A stretch of 64,000 nucleotides of DNA from Octopus sinensis (lineage: Eukaryota). The DNA is taken from contig NC_042997.1 of the NCBI RefSeq assembly GCF_006345805.1, forward strand, positions 198,710,001-198,774,000, in the 5' to 3' direction. The notes under the pieces are model-generated. The model was given only the letters and a program-made list of their open reading frames with translations, made no database searches and was not told the origin of the DNA. Made by a program: the position numbers and the translations under genes. Below are positions 51,486 to 64,000 of the stretch, piece by piece. Each line of letters starts with the position of its first letter. Position 1 is the stretch's first letter.

Positions 51486-52159
51486 TTGGTTTGTCCGGAA
51501 AGTTCGTGCCGATTTATAGAAGGCAAGTAACTGATGTTAACTGATGGGGCGGTTAACATCACATTCATTCCTCATTTTCATCCTTTTATCATACGTTTAT
51601 GTTTTTGTTTTAATTTTAATTTTTGATGTTTTGTGTCCCCAATGTATTGTGATGATCCTCTCTATGTAAACCCTTTATGGGGAATTAAAAAAATCATAGA
51701 GCACAGTTTAAGCTATCTTTTCGTGGAAGACGGTTTATGTTCCTATAACCTGTGTTAATTCCGTAACCCTTTAATATGGAAGATAAAAAAGTTCATTTTC
51801 GGCACTTGATGCTTTGGGAATCAGACAAAAATTGCTGCAGCTTGGCTGGGTTGTGTTACCCCACCCTCCATATTCACCAGATATTGCTCCTTCGGATTTC
51901 CACTTATTCAGGTCTCTGCAGAATAGTCTTAATGGTAAAAATTTCAATTCCTTGGATGACGTAAAAATATTCCTTGATGAACTCTTTGCCATGAAACCAC
52001 CTCAATTCTGGGAAGAGGGTATTTTCAAGTTAAAGGAAAGAGGGAGACGCATTGTGCAACAAAATGGTTCATATTTGGTTGATTAAAAATTTAATGGCAA
52101 GTATTTATTGACCTTTTTCTTTCCTTTAAAAATCGGCACGAACTTTCCGGACAACCCAA
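51486..52159 (+). mobile_element. Internally deleted mariner (mellifera-like) with both TIRs, TA TSD
   Basis: TIRs TTGG(T/G)TTGTCCGGAAAGTTCGTGCCGATTT; MEDKKVHFRHLML fused to RQKLLQLGW.VLPHPPYSPDIAPSDFHLF. Confidence 0.92.
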
Positions 52160-53509
52160 TATATATCATACTGGGATCTTTTAAACGGCAGTAAAGTTGT
52201 AGAGAGTGGAGAATTCTTCAATATAATCGAGTCTAGTACATTAAGGAATTTATACATTATAGGCTTCTCTAACAAATAAATGATAAATGTACACTCAGTA
52301 GGGTTTTAGCTCAGAAGGTAGAGAAACGATACTTAATACCACTTATCATTTAGTCCGACTATTCGCCGGATTACTGCATAACAATGATAATGATATATTC
52401 AGAGTTTCCGAGCTATCGGAGCAGTGACTGAAGCAATCAATCAACTGACACGTAATATGTTAGTGATTGGATCATGCTGGACGGGTAATAGGGAGCGGGG
52501 AATAATGGTAATGGTGCATAACAATGAACAACCTGATAAATGTATTTAAATGAGGATATAGTCTTAATTGCCTATATAAAAGCTAACTGCTGCTAATCAT
52601 TCATACATCAAATGGGCGGTATAATGGCATAATCGTCAGAGCATTGGAAAAACTGCTTTGTGGTATTTTGTTATTTATTTTCGGAGTTAGATTTTTGCCG
52701 AGGTCAACGTTATATTTCATCCTTCCGAGGTCGATAACAGTTTAAAAAAAGGAAAATTAATCTAGTACCGAATCCGGTTTAATTGACTATAAATCATGGT
52801 TCATTGTCAATGTTAGAGATCAATAGCTTTCACAGCAAAGGGGACGATGTATTGAGAGAAATGACACAGAGATAGGCAAACTGGTAGACGATATTTCGCA
52901 ACACCTATTATTTCTGATTTCGAATCCCACCAAGGTTAACTCGGCTGTTTCATTGTTCGATGGTCAATAAAATAACAGGTGAAATACTGTTCGATATAAT
53001 TAAGCATATAATTAAGCATACCCACACCTACTTTGCAAATATGCTTGACCGTGAACCCATGATAGAAATCAAATATTTTTTACAACAAAGAGACCGCGTA
53101 TGGCATGAGGCAGCTTATGGCAGAATTAGTAGACCGCTAATTATGCTGCCGCATAATTAGTGCTCCACTTATTAATTATGCTGCCGTATTACTCCACCAA
53201 CTCATATGGCAGCAGGGTCGATTTTACCCTACATCACGTCAGAACCAATAACGTAAGTCCTAGCCAACTATTGTGTTACAATGGCTGTACTGCTTCAGTA
53301 GATGTGTGGCATTGTGCCAACGCTAGAAATCAATAATTCACAAGTATGTATGTACTCAAATACTTATTTGTACTGTTAATCTGGAGTTACAACTCAGCAG
53401 AGATGATTGTATCATCCTGTCCCTTACCCTAACATTCTTCATTTAGTTTCCTTTCTCTTCCACTTCGGCTTGTTGATGTATCTCCAGATTGTTTTCCTGT
53501 TACTTTCCT

Positions 53510-53958
53510 CTTATTTCTTCATTGCCCACAAGGAGCTAAACAGAGGGGACAAACAAGCACAGACAAAGGGATTAAGTCGATTAGATTGACACCAGTGCAT
53601 AACTGGTACTTATTTTATCGACCCCGAAAGGATGAAAGGCAAAGTCGACCACAGCAGAATTTGAACTCAGAACATATCGGCAGACGAAATACCTATTTCT
53701 TTACTACCCACAAGGGGCTAAACACACAAGGGACAAACAAGGACAGACAAACAGATTGAGTCGATTATATCTATTTCTTTATTGCCCACAAGGGGATAAA
53801 CATAGAGGGGACAAACAAAGATAGAGAAAGGGATTAAGTCGATTACATCGACTCCAGTGCGTAACTGGTACTTATTTAATCGACCCCGAAAGGATGAAAG
53901 GCAAATCCGACCTCGGCGGAATTTGAACTCAGAACGTAGCCGCAGACGAAATACCGCA
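53510..53958 (-). mobile_element. SINE group B multimer (two full units plus a partial one)
   Basis: Repeated group B cores and tails. Confidence 0.88.
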
Positions 53959-54453
53959 AAACATGCACCATACAGACTTTTGTCCTGTTCATGGTATAAA
54001 AAATGAAAAAAACCTTCAGATCAGTAAACATCTGAACAAGATTCTGATGTTTTTCCTTGAATATCTCGCGCCATTGCCGCGCATTATTAATGAGGTGTGA
54101 CAAAAGAACCTATGTGTACGTATGTGTGTGTCTGAGCGTATGTGAGGGTGCATAGCTTAGTGCTTAGGGTGTCGCCATCACGTTCGCGAGACCGTAGTTT
54201 CAATTCCTGAACCGAGTGGTGCATAGCATTCTTGAGCAAAACACTTTATCTCAAGTTGCTCTGCGATCACTTTGACACCTGGCGTGTGTAACACCGGGCA
54301 CATATTCAGGCAACGACGATTTGATGGAAGGAGATCGTTTGAATCATAATCAGGTGACAGGTACTTTTTCTCTCCACCTCTTACTTCAAACTTTTGAACC
54401 ATGTCTTACTCCTCTTCACGTCATTAAGTCAATTATATAGATACGGACTGCAT

Positions 54454-55052
54454 AAGGCGGCGAGCTAGCAGAAACGTCTGCACGCCGGGCGAAATGCTTT
54501 GCGGTATTTCGTCTGCCGCTACGTTCTGAGTTCAAATTCCGCCAAGGTCGACTTTGCCTTTCATCCTTTCGGGGTCGATTAAATAAGTACCAGTTACGCA
54601 CTGGGGTCGATATAATCGACTTAATCCGTTTGTCTGTCCTTGTTTGTCCTCTCTGTGTTTAGTCCCTTGTGGTTAGTAAAGAAATAGGCATTTCCTCTAT
54701 CGTTACGTTCTTAGTTCAAATTCCGCCGAGGTCGACTTTGCCTTTCATCCTTTTGGGGTCGATTAAATAAGTACCAGTTACGCACTGGGGTCGATATAAT
54801 CGACTTAATCCGTTTGTCTGTCCTTGTTTGTCCTCTCTGTGTTTAGTCCCTTGTGGTTAGTAAAGAAATAGGCATTTCCTCTATCGTTACGTTCTTAGTT
54901 CAAATTCCGCCGAGGTCGACTTTGCCTTTCATCCTTTCGGTGTCGATAAATAAAGTACCAGTTTCGCACTGGGGTCGACGTAATCGACTTAATCTCTTTG
55001 TCTGTCCTTGTTTTTCCCCTCTGTTTCGCCCCTTGTGGACAGTAAAGAAATA
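54454..55052 (+). mobile_element. SINE group B trimer + head with ~19-bp TSD
   Basis: 184-bp period; TATATAGATACGGA(C/T)T(G/A)CA at 54434-54452 and 55053-55071. Confidence 0.92.
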
Positions 55053-55719
55053 TATATAGATACGGATTACAGATCTAATTATATTTATCCTTTTGGAAGA
55101 CGGCAAGGAACGACTGAAATTGATTACGATTTCCAGAATTTTTACGTTACACGTTAATCTTGCTTTGTTGGTTTAACAGTTTCTACCAGGCTCTAAGTAT
55201 TAGCTCCAGATTATCAATTCCTTCAGACTTCACGTTTTCTCCACTCACACTTACCCGCAAAAGTCTGATGAAAGGCCCTACGAAGGTTACGGATACTTCG
55301 TTTCCTACCTTAACTAACTTATTAAAAGAATAATTATTGGAGATACAGAACTTTACTGAGCTACGATATATTCAATCAGATGCACTTTGAAATTAATTTA
55401 TTTCCATGCGACCTCTAACACGGAACAATTGAATGAAATATTATTGAAGAATTCATTTGCTCACTTCTGTCTATCTACAATGTTTCGATGTACAAATGTT
55501 GTCTGTTATAGAAATGCCTCCTCGTCTTCTCGCACTTCTAATTGCAACACTTCAAATTAAACTTCATTTATATTTGCCTTATACAAATAACCAGATAAAG
55601 AAGAATATAACGATATTAAGTGCGCTGCCTTAGCTCATTTATCTATCATTGTTTTATTCTTTTGTACATTTCAGCACAAAGGCTGTAGCCATGGTGGAGC
55701 AACACTAGTGTTATCACCT

Positions 55720-56480
55720 TCTCAATAGCTATTCTGTTGTGATTCACTTTTGGTGAAGGAAGGGGGTTCGACACTACTGACCTCATTTGAGCTTCTTGCC
55801 GTGATGTAGGTCCATCTGAAACACTGGACAGCAAGAGGTAAGTTCTTTTCTTGAAAATATCTACCCTATTCCTTGAAGATCCCTCACATATTTTGGCTTA
55901 GCATTCAATAGCTGTGGGCTCTTGAACCATTAGCTATTGTAGTACATGGTCCTCATTCTGGACAGGATAGCTAGAACCACTGGAACAGTACAGTAACATC
56001 CCGTTCGGGTGCTTGCATAGGATTGTGCCAAAGTTTGGTGCCAACCTTTCAGGATTATCCATACGTATATCACTGCATATCTCTCCCGTCTTCGCTCCAG
56101 GGAATAGAATCGTAGTCCTTTCAGACTCTCCCAGTAGCTCAGCTGTTTTACAGGTGCAATTTTCCTGTTGTACCACTGCTCAACTCAGCGAGTACCACTA
56201 TTCATTTGACACTGTGGGGTGACCATCACTGAGAGCTACACACATACACACATGTACGCCTCCCTACTATTAGTTATATTTTTTATATGAGATTTCTCTT
56301 TTGTTTTAGTCGATGTGGTGTCCTCATTTTGTGCTACTGCGAGAGATTGAAAGAGCTACAGCTTTACTCCATGGAGAGGAGACGGGAAAGATGTGTAGCG
56401 ATATACGTATGGAAGTTCCTGAAGTGGTTGGCACCAAATTTTGGCACGGAGAGGTACACCAGCCCCTGTACTGGACGTTC
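55720..56480. mobile_element. Two old CR1-type LINE fragments in divergent orientation
   Basis: Minus strand ERLKGLRFYSLERRRERY (~56060-56130) and plus strand ERLKELQLYSMERRRERC (56341-56394). Confidence 0.75.
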
Positions 56481-56546
56481 CAAATATTTAGCAGAAGTAA
56501 CAGAGTGGCTCAAGAGCCGAGAGGTTCGTGCGTTAGCGCACAGAAC

Positions 56547-56578
<32 letters not shown>

Positions 56579-56858
56579 ATGCATGCATGCATTACTGGTG
56601 ATTCACCTCAGATAGCTATCACAATGTAATTTGAATCAAAATAATAAAGAAGAAAAATATAACATTATTTTCCGGATTATCTTTAAAGAGCGCTGTTTAT
56701 AAGGTGTCGAAATATCTCGCATTCCTCTGCGACTTCGACACTGACACATCACAGCAGACAATACTTTTAACAAACAAGAACAACTTAAAGATAACTTAAA
56801 TGTCTAGAAATGTCTTTTCCATGACTCGACTGTTCCAGTTTCCTCAAAGAGTCTCATA

Positions 56859-57031
56859 CAGTTGTTCTCAGCCTTTTTAAAATCCAGGCCAGATTCCAAA
56901 CCTAAAGACTTTTTAGGAGGCCGCTCCGAAAAAGAAAATTTACTGTACGTATAGAGGGGAGACCATAGGATCCAGCGGATGGATGCTTGAGGACCTCATG
57001 CGGCTGTGGGAGCCGCGGTTGAGAACTGCTG
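56859..57031. mobile_element. hAT (Charlie-like) MITE
   Basis: TIRs CAGTTGTTCTCAGCC / GGTTGAGAACTGCTG; 8-bp TSD-like GTCTCATA / ATTTCATA. Confidence 0.7.
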
Positions 57032-57291
57032 ATTTCATATCACTGAAGTCCCATAATCTTGCATAACTCCGTATCCCTGTTTTTCACGAAACAAACATTT
57101 TGCAAATATTATTTCATTCTTTTATCTAAGATATTTGAATAAATACAATTAATTCGAATGTAGTCCACTCATTGTCACAATAATGTTAATCCCAAAAGGA
57201 AGAACACCACTGGTTGAAATAGGTCCATTAGCCAGCTTTGCAACAAAAGTCTATTTTATATAGATTGCTATGTTAATTTAAAATCATTCGC

Positions 57292-57962
57292 GACAGACAG
57301 AGACACAGACACACTGAGACACAGACAGATAGAGACACAGACAGACAGAGACATAGACAGACAGAGACACAGACAGACAGAGACAGACAGAGACACAGAC
57401 AGACAGAGACACAGACACAGACAGACAGAGACACAGACAGACAGACAGACAGAGACACAGAGACAAGACACAGAGACACAGACAGACAGACAGAGACACA
57501 GACAGACAGAGACACAGACAGAGACAAAGAGACACAGACAGACAGAGACACAGACAGACAGAGACACAGACAGACAGACAGAGACATAGACAGACAGACA
57601 GACAGACAGAGACACAGAGACAAGACACAGAGACACAGACAGACAGACAGAGACACAGACAGACAGAGACACAGACAGAGACAAAGAGACACAGACAGAC
57701 AGAGACACAAACAGACAGAGACATAGACAGACAGAGACAGACAGAGACACAGACAGACAGAGACACAGACAGACAGAGACACAGACAGACAGAGACACAG
57801 ACAGACAGAGACACAGACAGACAGAGACACAGACAGACAGACAGAGACATAGACAGACAGACAGACAGACAGAGACAGAGACAGACACAGAGACACAGAC
57901 AGACAGACAGAGACACAGACAGAGACAGACAGAGACACAGACAGACAGACACACACACACAC
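57292..57962. repeat. Compound (AGAC)/(AGACAC) microsatellite with higher-order structure
   Basis: About 670 bp; rare variants recur at ~158-bp spacing. Confidence 0.95.
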
Positions 57963-58748
57963 TAGTGATGTGTGTGTATTCGCTTTTCACGTGAAAACGG
58001 CTTCCATACTTGTGAAGCATAAATAATTTGACCTCGGATATATAATAAGGGTCTTCATTTGATTTTTTTTATTAAATAAAAAATATTGCTTTATATTAAT
58101 GATTCACTTCTTTAAAAAGGTTTCTCGATGTCAACTTCCGGTATTGACGTAAAAACGCTGAAGTCTCTCACTCTCTATTTTAATGTTCGCTGTTTATAAA
58201 CAACTACGATAAATTACTGAAAGAAATATTTAAGTTCACAAATTTAAATGTCCGGTACAAGATAGTTTTTAACGTGCTTTTCTTTATGCGAATTTTTCAT
58301 TCCATGTTTATCCCATTCATTGTTTCAAAAGCTCTCTTTCTCTCTCTCTATCTCTCTCTCACACACACACGGTTTGATTTCCTTTTGAATTCGCACGCGT
58401 CGTCAATTTCCGTGATTTTTTTCTACTTTTCTTTTTGCACGCCGTGTTCAGCTCTATGTATTTCTAGTCAGTCACACACGTGTTTGCCTATGTACGTTTG
58501 TATACATTTATGTATGTCTGTGTGTGAGTGAAGGAGTGTGTTGTCATGTATGTGTATATACATAAATAGGCATACATCTTTTTTCTATGTATGTGTACGT
58601 GTGTGTGTGAGAGAGAGAGAGAGAGAAAGAGAGAGTGATGTCTAAGTGGCAATCTCTCTATCTCTCTCACTCACACACACATTCATACAAAACAGATGTA
58701 TGCCTATTTATGTATATACATATACATGACAACACACCCCTTCACTCG

Positions 58749-58790
<42 letters not shown>

Positions 58791-58849
58791 CATTTCACCT
58801 GATGTTTGATGCTGTGTGTGTGTGTGTGTGCGCGCGTGCGGCGTTCCAC

Positions 58850-60391
58850 AATCGCCAGAAAATAGCAGAGGAATTTTCTTTCTTGATGTTCCTGGTGGCA
58901 TGGATAAAACATTTGTAACATTGCTTCTCTCCAAGGTAAGGCAACAAAAAAGAATTGAAGTTGCTGTAGCATTGTCTGGCTTTGTTGCCATCATTCTCCC
59001 AGGAGGACGAACAGCTCATTCTGCTTTTAAATTACTGCTAAGCCTGGTTACAAATGACAGTCCAATTTGTAGCACAGGCAAAAGTTCAAGTTCAGCAAAA
59101 GTGTTGTGCCAATGCCACCTGATCATTTGGGATGAATGTACCGTGTCATAGAGGTGCAATGGAAGATCTTGATAAGACCTTACAGGACATAAGAGGCAAC
59201 AATAAATCTATTGGATGAGTTACATTGGTTTTATCGGGGGACTTCAGACAGACATTACCAATCATTCCAAGACGAACCAAATCTGATGAAATAAAAGCAT
59301 GCACTAAGTCTTCACACCTATGGAATAAAGTATAGAAATTCTTCATTACTAATGTGCGAGCTTTATTACATGGGGACCAATGTGCAAAACAGTTTTCGAC
59401 CTGGCTCCTCCATTTAGGAAATAGGAAAGTACCATTTGATGTGAATGGTCCAGTCAGTTTAGCTCATATTACTATCAAGGTGAATTCCACAGCTGAATTG
59501 AAGAACGGTATTTCCAGACTTAACTATAAAAATGGTTGTATGAAAGGGCAATTCTTGCTCAAAAAAAATGAGACAGTAGCAAGGATTAACCATGAATTAA
59601 TGAATAAGATTCCAACAGTCATTAAGAAGTACAAATCAGTTGATTCAGTCCTTACTGAACATCAAGCTGTTCATTACCGAATAGAGTTCCTTAATTCTCT
59701 TGAGACATCTGAAACGCCTCCACATAAACCTTTTCTGAAGGTAGGAATCCCAATAATGCTTCTAAGAAATTTAGATCCTCCTAAATTATGCAATGAGACA
59801 AGGTTGATTCTGAAGACATTATCACCTAATGTGATAGAAGCTATCATCATCAATGGATGTGCCTCTGGGGAAGAGGTTTTCATTCCAAGAATTCCAATCA
59901 AACCAGCAGACATGCCATTTGAGTTCAAACGAACACAATTCCCAGTGGAACTTTGCTTTGCAATGTCTATTGATGAAGCTCAAGGTCAGATTTTGAAATC
60001 TACTGGCTTGCACTTAATTTGCTTTGCTTTTCTCATGGTCACCTTTATGCTGGTTGCTCCAGGGTAGGTAGTTTGAAAGACTCATTCGTCTGTGCTCCAA
60101 GCCAGAAAACAGAGGATCTTGTTTACCCAGATGCTCTTACGTAATTTCCTTCAACATATGTGCTAGAATTTATATCCTTTCATAAAAATGGTAAATTTTG
60201 TATTTTCGTTTATTATTATTATTATTATGAATTCAGAATTGATTTCCCAATTAAAGAGTAGATTGTATCCTAATTGAAGAATAAATTGAATTTAGCATAA
60301 CAAATTTCTATATAACATATTTTGCTCTTTTTCTTCTAGCATATAAGAAACATAACCTTCATTTCCAGGCAACAGTGGGTGCTCCTGCTAG
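58850..60391 (+). mobile_element. Helitron 3' fragment: PIF1-like helicase pseudogene + CTAG terminus
   Basis: FFLDVPGGMDKT (Walker A, mutated), GGRTAHSAFKL, IIWDECT, GDFRQTLP, PIMLLRNLDPPKLCN.TRL, QFPVELCFAMSI..AQGQ; ends CCAGGCAACAGTGGGTGCTCCTGCTAG|T. Confidence 0.92.
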
Positions 60392-60700
60392 TATATATAT
60401 ATATATTTGTTAATAATATCAGAAAATTCTTCAGAAAGATATATACATGTGTAGAATAATTATTGTATTAAAAATATAAATATATATATATAAATATATG
60501 TAAATATGTATAAGTATATAATATATATATATAATGATAAATACATATATAATAAATATGAATGTTTAAAATTTAACAGTTTATAATCGCTCGTATTAAA
60601 TGTATAAATACTTTAATAGCATTAATACTTTGATACAAAAGAGCACCCACTGTAAATTCAGTATATAATATTCCCATAGAATATATAATTGTACTTTATA

Positions 60701-60829
60701 ATCGCTGGCGAGGCCTTGGGATATATATATATAAGTAACTCATTTTTAAATGCATATTACCTCAGTACATCTGACTAATATAGGCACAATGAGATACCAT
60801 TATCTACAGGCTGAAACAGCTGTAAGATC
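60701..60829 (+). ncRNA. Degenerate hammerhead-like motif with a long stem-II loop
   Basis: ATCG-CTGGCGA-G-GCCT...AGGC-T-GAAACAGCTGTA-AGAT; one core mismatch. Confidence 0.45.
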
Positions 60830-61018
60830 CATTTTATGTTTATTATTTTTATGGTATTATCTTACTTATTGATGTATATTGTTTTATTCTGTTGGATTTG
60901 GATGTTCCTATTTAAGTAGTTAATAAATAATATGAATTGGTAATATCTGTAAGTCGATGATTGAAAGGAATCTGTTCCTCCATTTTCTTATTTGTATTAA
61001 GATATATATATATTCTCG

Positions 61019-61298
61019 AGGCACTCCGTCGGATACTTGGCTATTCGTGAAATTAATGCGCAAGTGGCTGGGCACTCTACAAACATGCATAATCTTAGTG
61101 TAGGGGAGATTAAGCATGACACCGAATGTAACAAGGCTGGCCCTTTGAATTACTGGTGTAACGCATATTTGCCAGCTGAGGGGATTGGATTAGTGTGAAA
61201 TAAAGTGCCCTACTCAAGGACACAACGTGGCCGGAGACCGAACTCACAACCTTAAGATCGTGAGCCGAATATCCTGGCCACTAAACCCGCGTATTCAC
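61019..61298 (-). mobile_element. SINE group C (diverged)
   Basis: Same layout as 4968-5290. Confidence 0.8.
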
Positions 61299-62799
61299 CA
61301 TTTCAGATAGAGGTTTCATGGAAATGGGTTTCACCAGACTAGCTTGCAATTCCAATGGGTTAACGAATTCAATGCCTTGTATTGGAATTTACCTTCCGTT
61401 TTTTTTCGGTATCTCATAGGTTTGTGAAGCCGTTCTACTTGGATATACCTTTGCATAATTGAATACATTTCTTCTCGTCTTTCAAAGTCTTCAAACTGTG
61501 TTATTGACAATAGCAAGCTACGAATGTTTACTCAGCAGATTCCCTTCTTGTCACATCCTGATAACTAATAGAGGAGACAAACCTGACAGCTAAGAACGAT
61601 GCTGAATAACAAATTTAGGATTATTGGTTATCTTGTGAGGTGCATACCCATTCCAAAATCGAGAAAATAGCAAAACTCTAACAAATGATAATTATATTAT
61701 TTTGACAATATATTTTTGCCAGACATGATATAATATGCAAGTGTCTGTGCACATGCGCAAATACGTGTTTGTGCATTTCTATACATGAGGAATACCAACA
61801 AGAAGAATACCAACCAGGATATAATCTAATTTCTTTTTTTCTCTTATCAAATTTAACATTTTACGTATACGAAACACTTTGTATGCGACAGGGAAATATA
61901 TATTAAAGAAAGAAGAAAACATCATAGAAAAACATCAAATTTATCGAAAAATGAATACAACTCCGCATGCAGTGAATCTATGAAAGTGGATATCGAATTA
62001 CAACGGAAATCAATTTTCTTTTTGCCTTGTTTTCCTTCGAGAAAAAGTACTGAACAAATTGCAATGACCAAATATCATCAAACTTGAGATAAGAATTTAA
62101 GATTCTTTTTAAGATTTTACGACAAAACAATAAACACTATATATTTTGGATGTTGTTACACAAAACAATCACGGAAAAGTAAACTGTTGTTTTAATTCAA
62201 TTTTATTATATTTTCTATGGAACTGCGTTAATGTTTGCAGTATGGATCATATAAGCAGAATAGGAAATATTAACTGACAAGAAAAAGAAGGAAAAAGAGA
62301 GAGAATAGAAACAAACATGTACCAGCATGTTTTACGATATTAATACAAAAATTAAATATTAAAAAAAAATATTATTCTCTTTCCTTCACTTGTCTTTTAT
62401 AAACAAGTTAAAACTGATTAAGGCCACATACACACACACACACACACTCTCTCTCACACACATCGATTTCTTTAGATTGGACGTTCTTATAGAAATTCGC
62501 CATGTTTATTATTCCTCAAATATTGGCAAACCTCAACGCTGAGAAAGAAGAAAGAAATTAACAAGTATCGATATTTTATTGAGGAATTTTGTTGTCGTTT
62601 ACATGCATATGTTTTTATTTCATGCTACTTCAATGACCATTTATTTAACAATGGTATACCCACGATCTTACTTTACATTTGTGATTTACATAAAACCAAT
62701 CGCGACACACGCTTGGCCGCTAAATTATGTAGCCCCATACAGAGAACCCCATTCTCAAATAACTCCTATAAGACTTTCCCCACGTTTACCTAAGTAACC

Positions 62800-63545
62800 G
62801 AAACAGCTTCTATACTACAAGCTGCGACTGGCAGCCACTCGTTAGCTGTACATCTACCCGTTCCTTACCGTAATGAAAGTGCTTCGATCCACCCGCGACG
62901 TCGGGTACACAACCAGAACACATTCGCCGACAATAACTCCAAATGAATAAAGACTGATACAAGAAATGATGAGCGAACGATCGAGATGCGGACTCCGCAG
63001 GTGGTATCACTCATACTCATCTAGGAGAGCAATAACTCCGAATGCTAACTCGTGCAGAGCAGAGGAGACTCCTCGCCACACATCGCACGGGAGAACTTCT
63101 CGTACGTTGGCAGGATAATTTTATATCCGGTCCACCCTGTAAAGAGGTTGTTGATATAAAGAACACCAAACCGTAGAAACAATGTCAGACATGAAATATA
63201 CAAGGTAGACATGGACAGCGCAAGCTGCGTTGTTGACAATCCAATTAGGAAGGCGATAGCTCTGAAGGAGAACGGACAGAAGAACTGGCTTCTAGTAATA
63301 TTTAACTGAGAAGACTGCAGCCATATGAAATGGTGTGTGTACACACACACACACACACTATAAAGATTCGGAATTGAGGCAGGTACCTTATTAGCACTGT
63401 GATATAACCCAGCTCTAGCTAACCACATGGAATGGTAGAGAATATACAGGATTGTTTAAGATAAACAATTACAATGTACATCACTGAATAAGTAAATCCC
63501 GAGTTCAATGGATTCCACACAGCACATACAGAATATATAATCAAC
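62800..63545 (+). mobile_element. Possible decayed RNase H-bearing LINE (I/Ingi-like) fragment
   Basis: More GC-rich; frameshifted EQRRLLA, LVIF, SEL and VQWIP resemble the post-RT and RNase H motif order. Confidence 0.35.
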
Positions 63546-63855
63546 ACATAATAAAGAGGAATTATTCGTCTTCAAATTTTGTCTATTACAGTATTATTCT
63601 CATTGAATTCACATTAAATTCCATTCTGACATGTGTTTCTATTGTCCTTCGATATAGCATTTATTTCGTTCAGTTACACTACATATTTGTCAAAGTTACA
63701 CTTTCCTATGCAGACTTGTTCAAGATTTACCCATACGGGTGGCGTGTGAGTGTATATATATATATATAGTTAATCCAAACATGAAAACACAACAACGCGA
63801 GGACGTGAAACAAGTATAGAGTTATTGGACGCTCAGAAAAGGGAAGAAAAGAGGA

Positions 63856-63888
63856 TTTAACGTTTCGAGCGGAGCTCTTCGTCAGAAA
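63856..63888 (-). ncRNA. Minimal type I hammerhead ribozyme with intact core, in a Penelope-associated repeat (63768-63950)
   Basis: UUU-CUGACGA-A-GAGC(UCC)GCUC-GAAACGUU-AAA: exact CUGANGA/GAAA core, 4-bp stem II, palindromic ACGU stem III, GUU site, 3-bp stem I. Confidence 0.75.
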
Positions 63889-64000
63889 CATAGAAAAAGG
63901 AAAGGTCCAAGGAAGGGAAGACGGAGGGAAAAAATCGCCAACGATACACATGCAGATATATATATATAATTACTTCAATTTAGTATTACAAATACATAAT

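Noticed and set aside
51814-52086. SETMAR-like host gene
   Set aside because: Lies between mariner TIRs with most of the transposase deleted.
57268-58020. 220-250 aa Cys/Ser/Val/Leu ORFs
   Set aside because: Translations of the AGAC microsatellite.
59354-60067. Host PIF1 helicase gene
   Set aside because: Intronless, with stops, frameshifts and a mutated Walker A, and followed by a Helitron-type CTAG end.
61392-61557. Minus-strand exon candidate
   Set aside because: All three frames from the apparent acceptor contain a stop.

Overview
AT-rich, repeat-dense eukaryotic genomic DNA, not prokaryotic. The tRNA-derived SINE families and microsatellite load resemble Octopus (cephalopod) DNA; this is recognition from memory, not a database check. 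There is one 100-N gap. Most of the window is transposon debris: three SINE groups (one forming ~184-bp head-to-tail multimers flanked by target-site duplications), CR1-type, R4/Dong-type and Tx1-type LINE fragments, Penelope-like elements with minimal hammerhead-ribozyme motifs, Tc1/mariner derivatives and MITEs, and Helitrons. Nearly all ORFs in the supplied track are artefacts of microsatellites or TEs. Possible host sequence is limited to a few splice-site-bounded minus-strand exon candidates (an MGSCASK N-acylation-type exon and a small-GTPase P-loop exon) and a decayed intronless class-A GPCR. I found no demonstrably new system. The best leads are the SINE multimers, the hammerhead motifs, a local templated insertion and the minus-strand exon chain.
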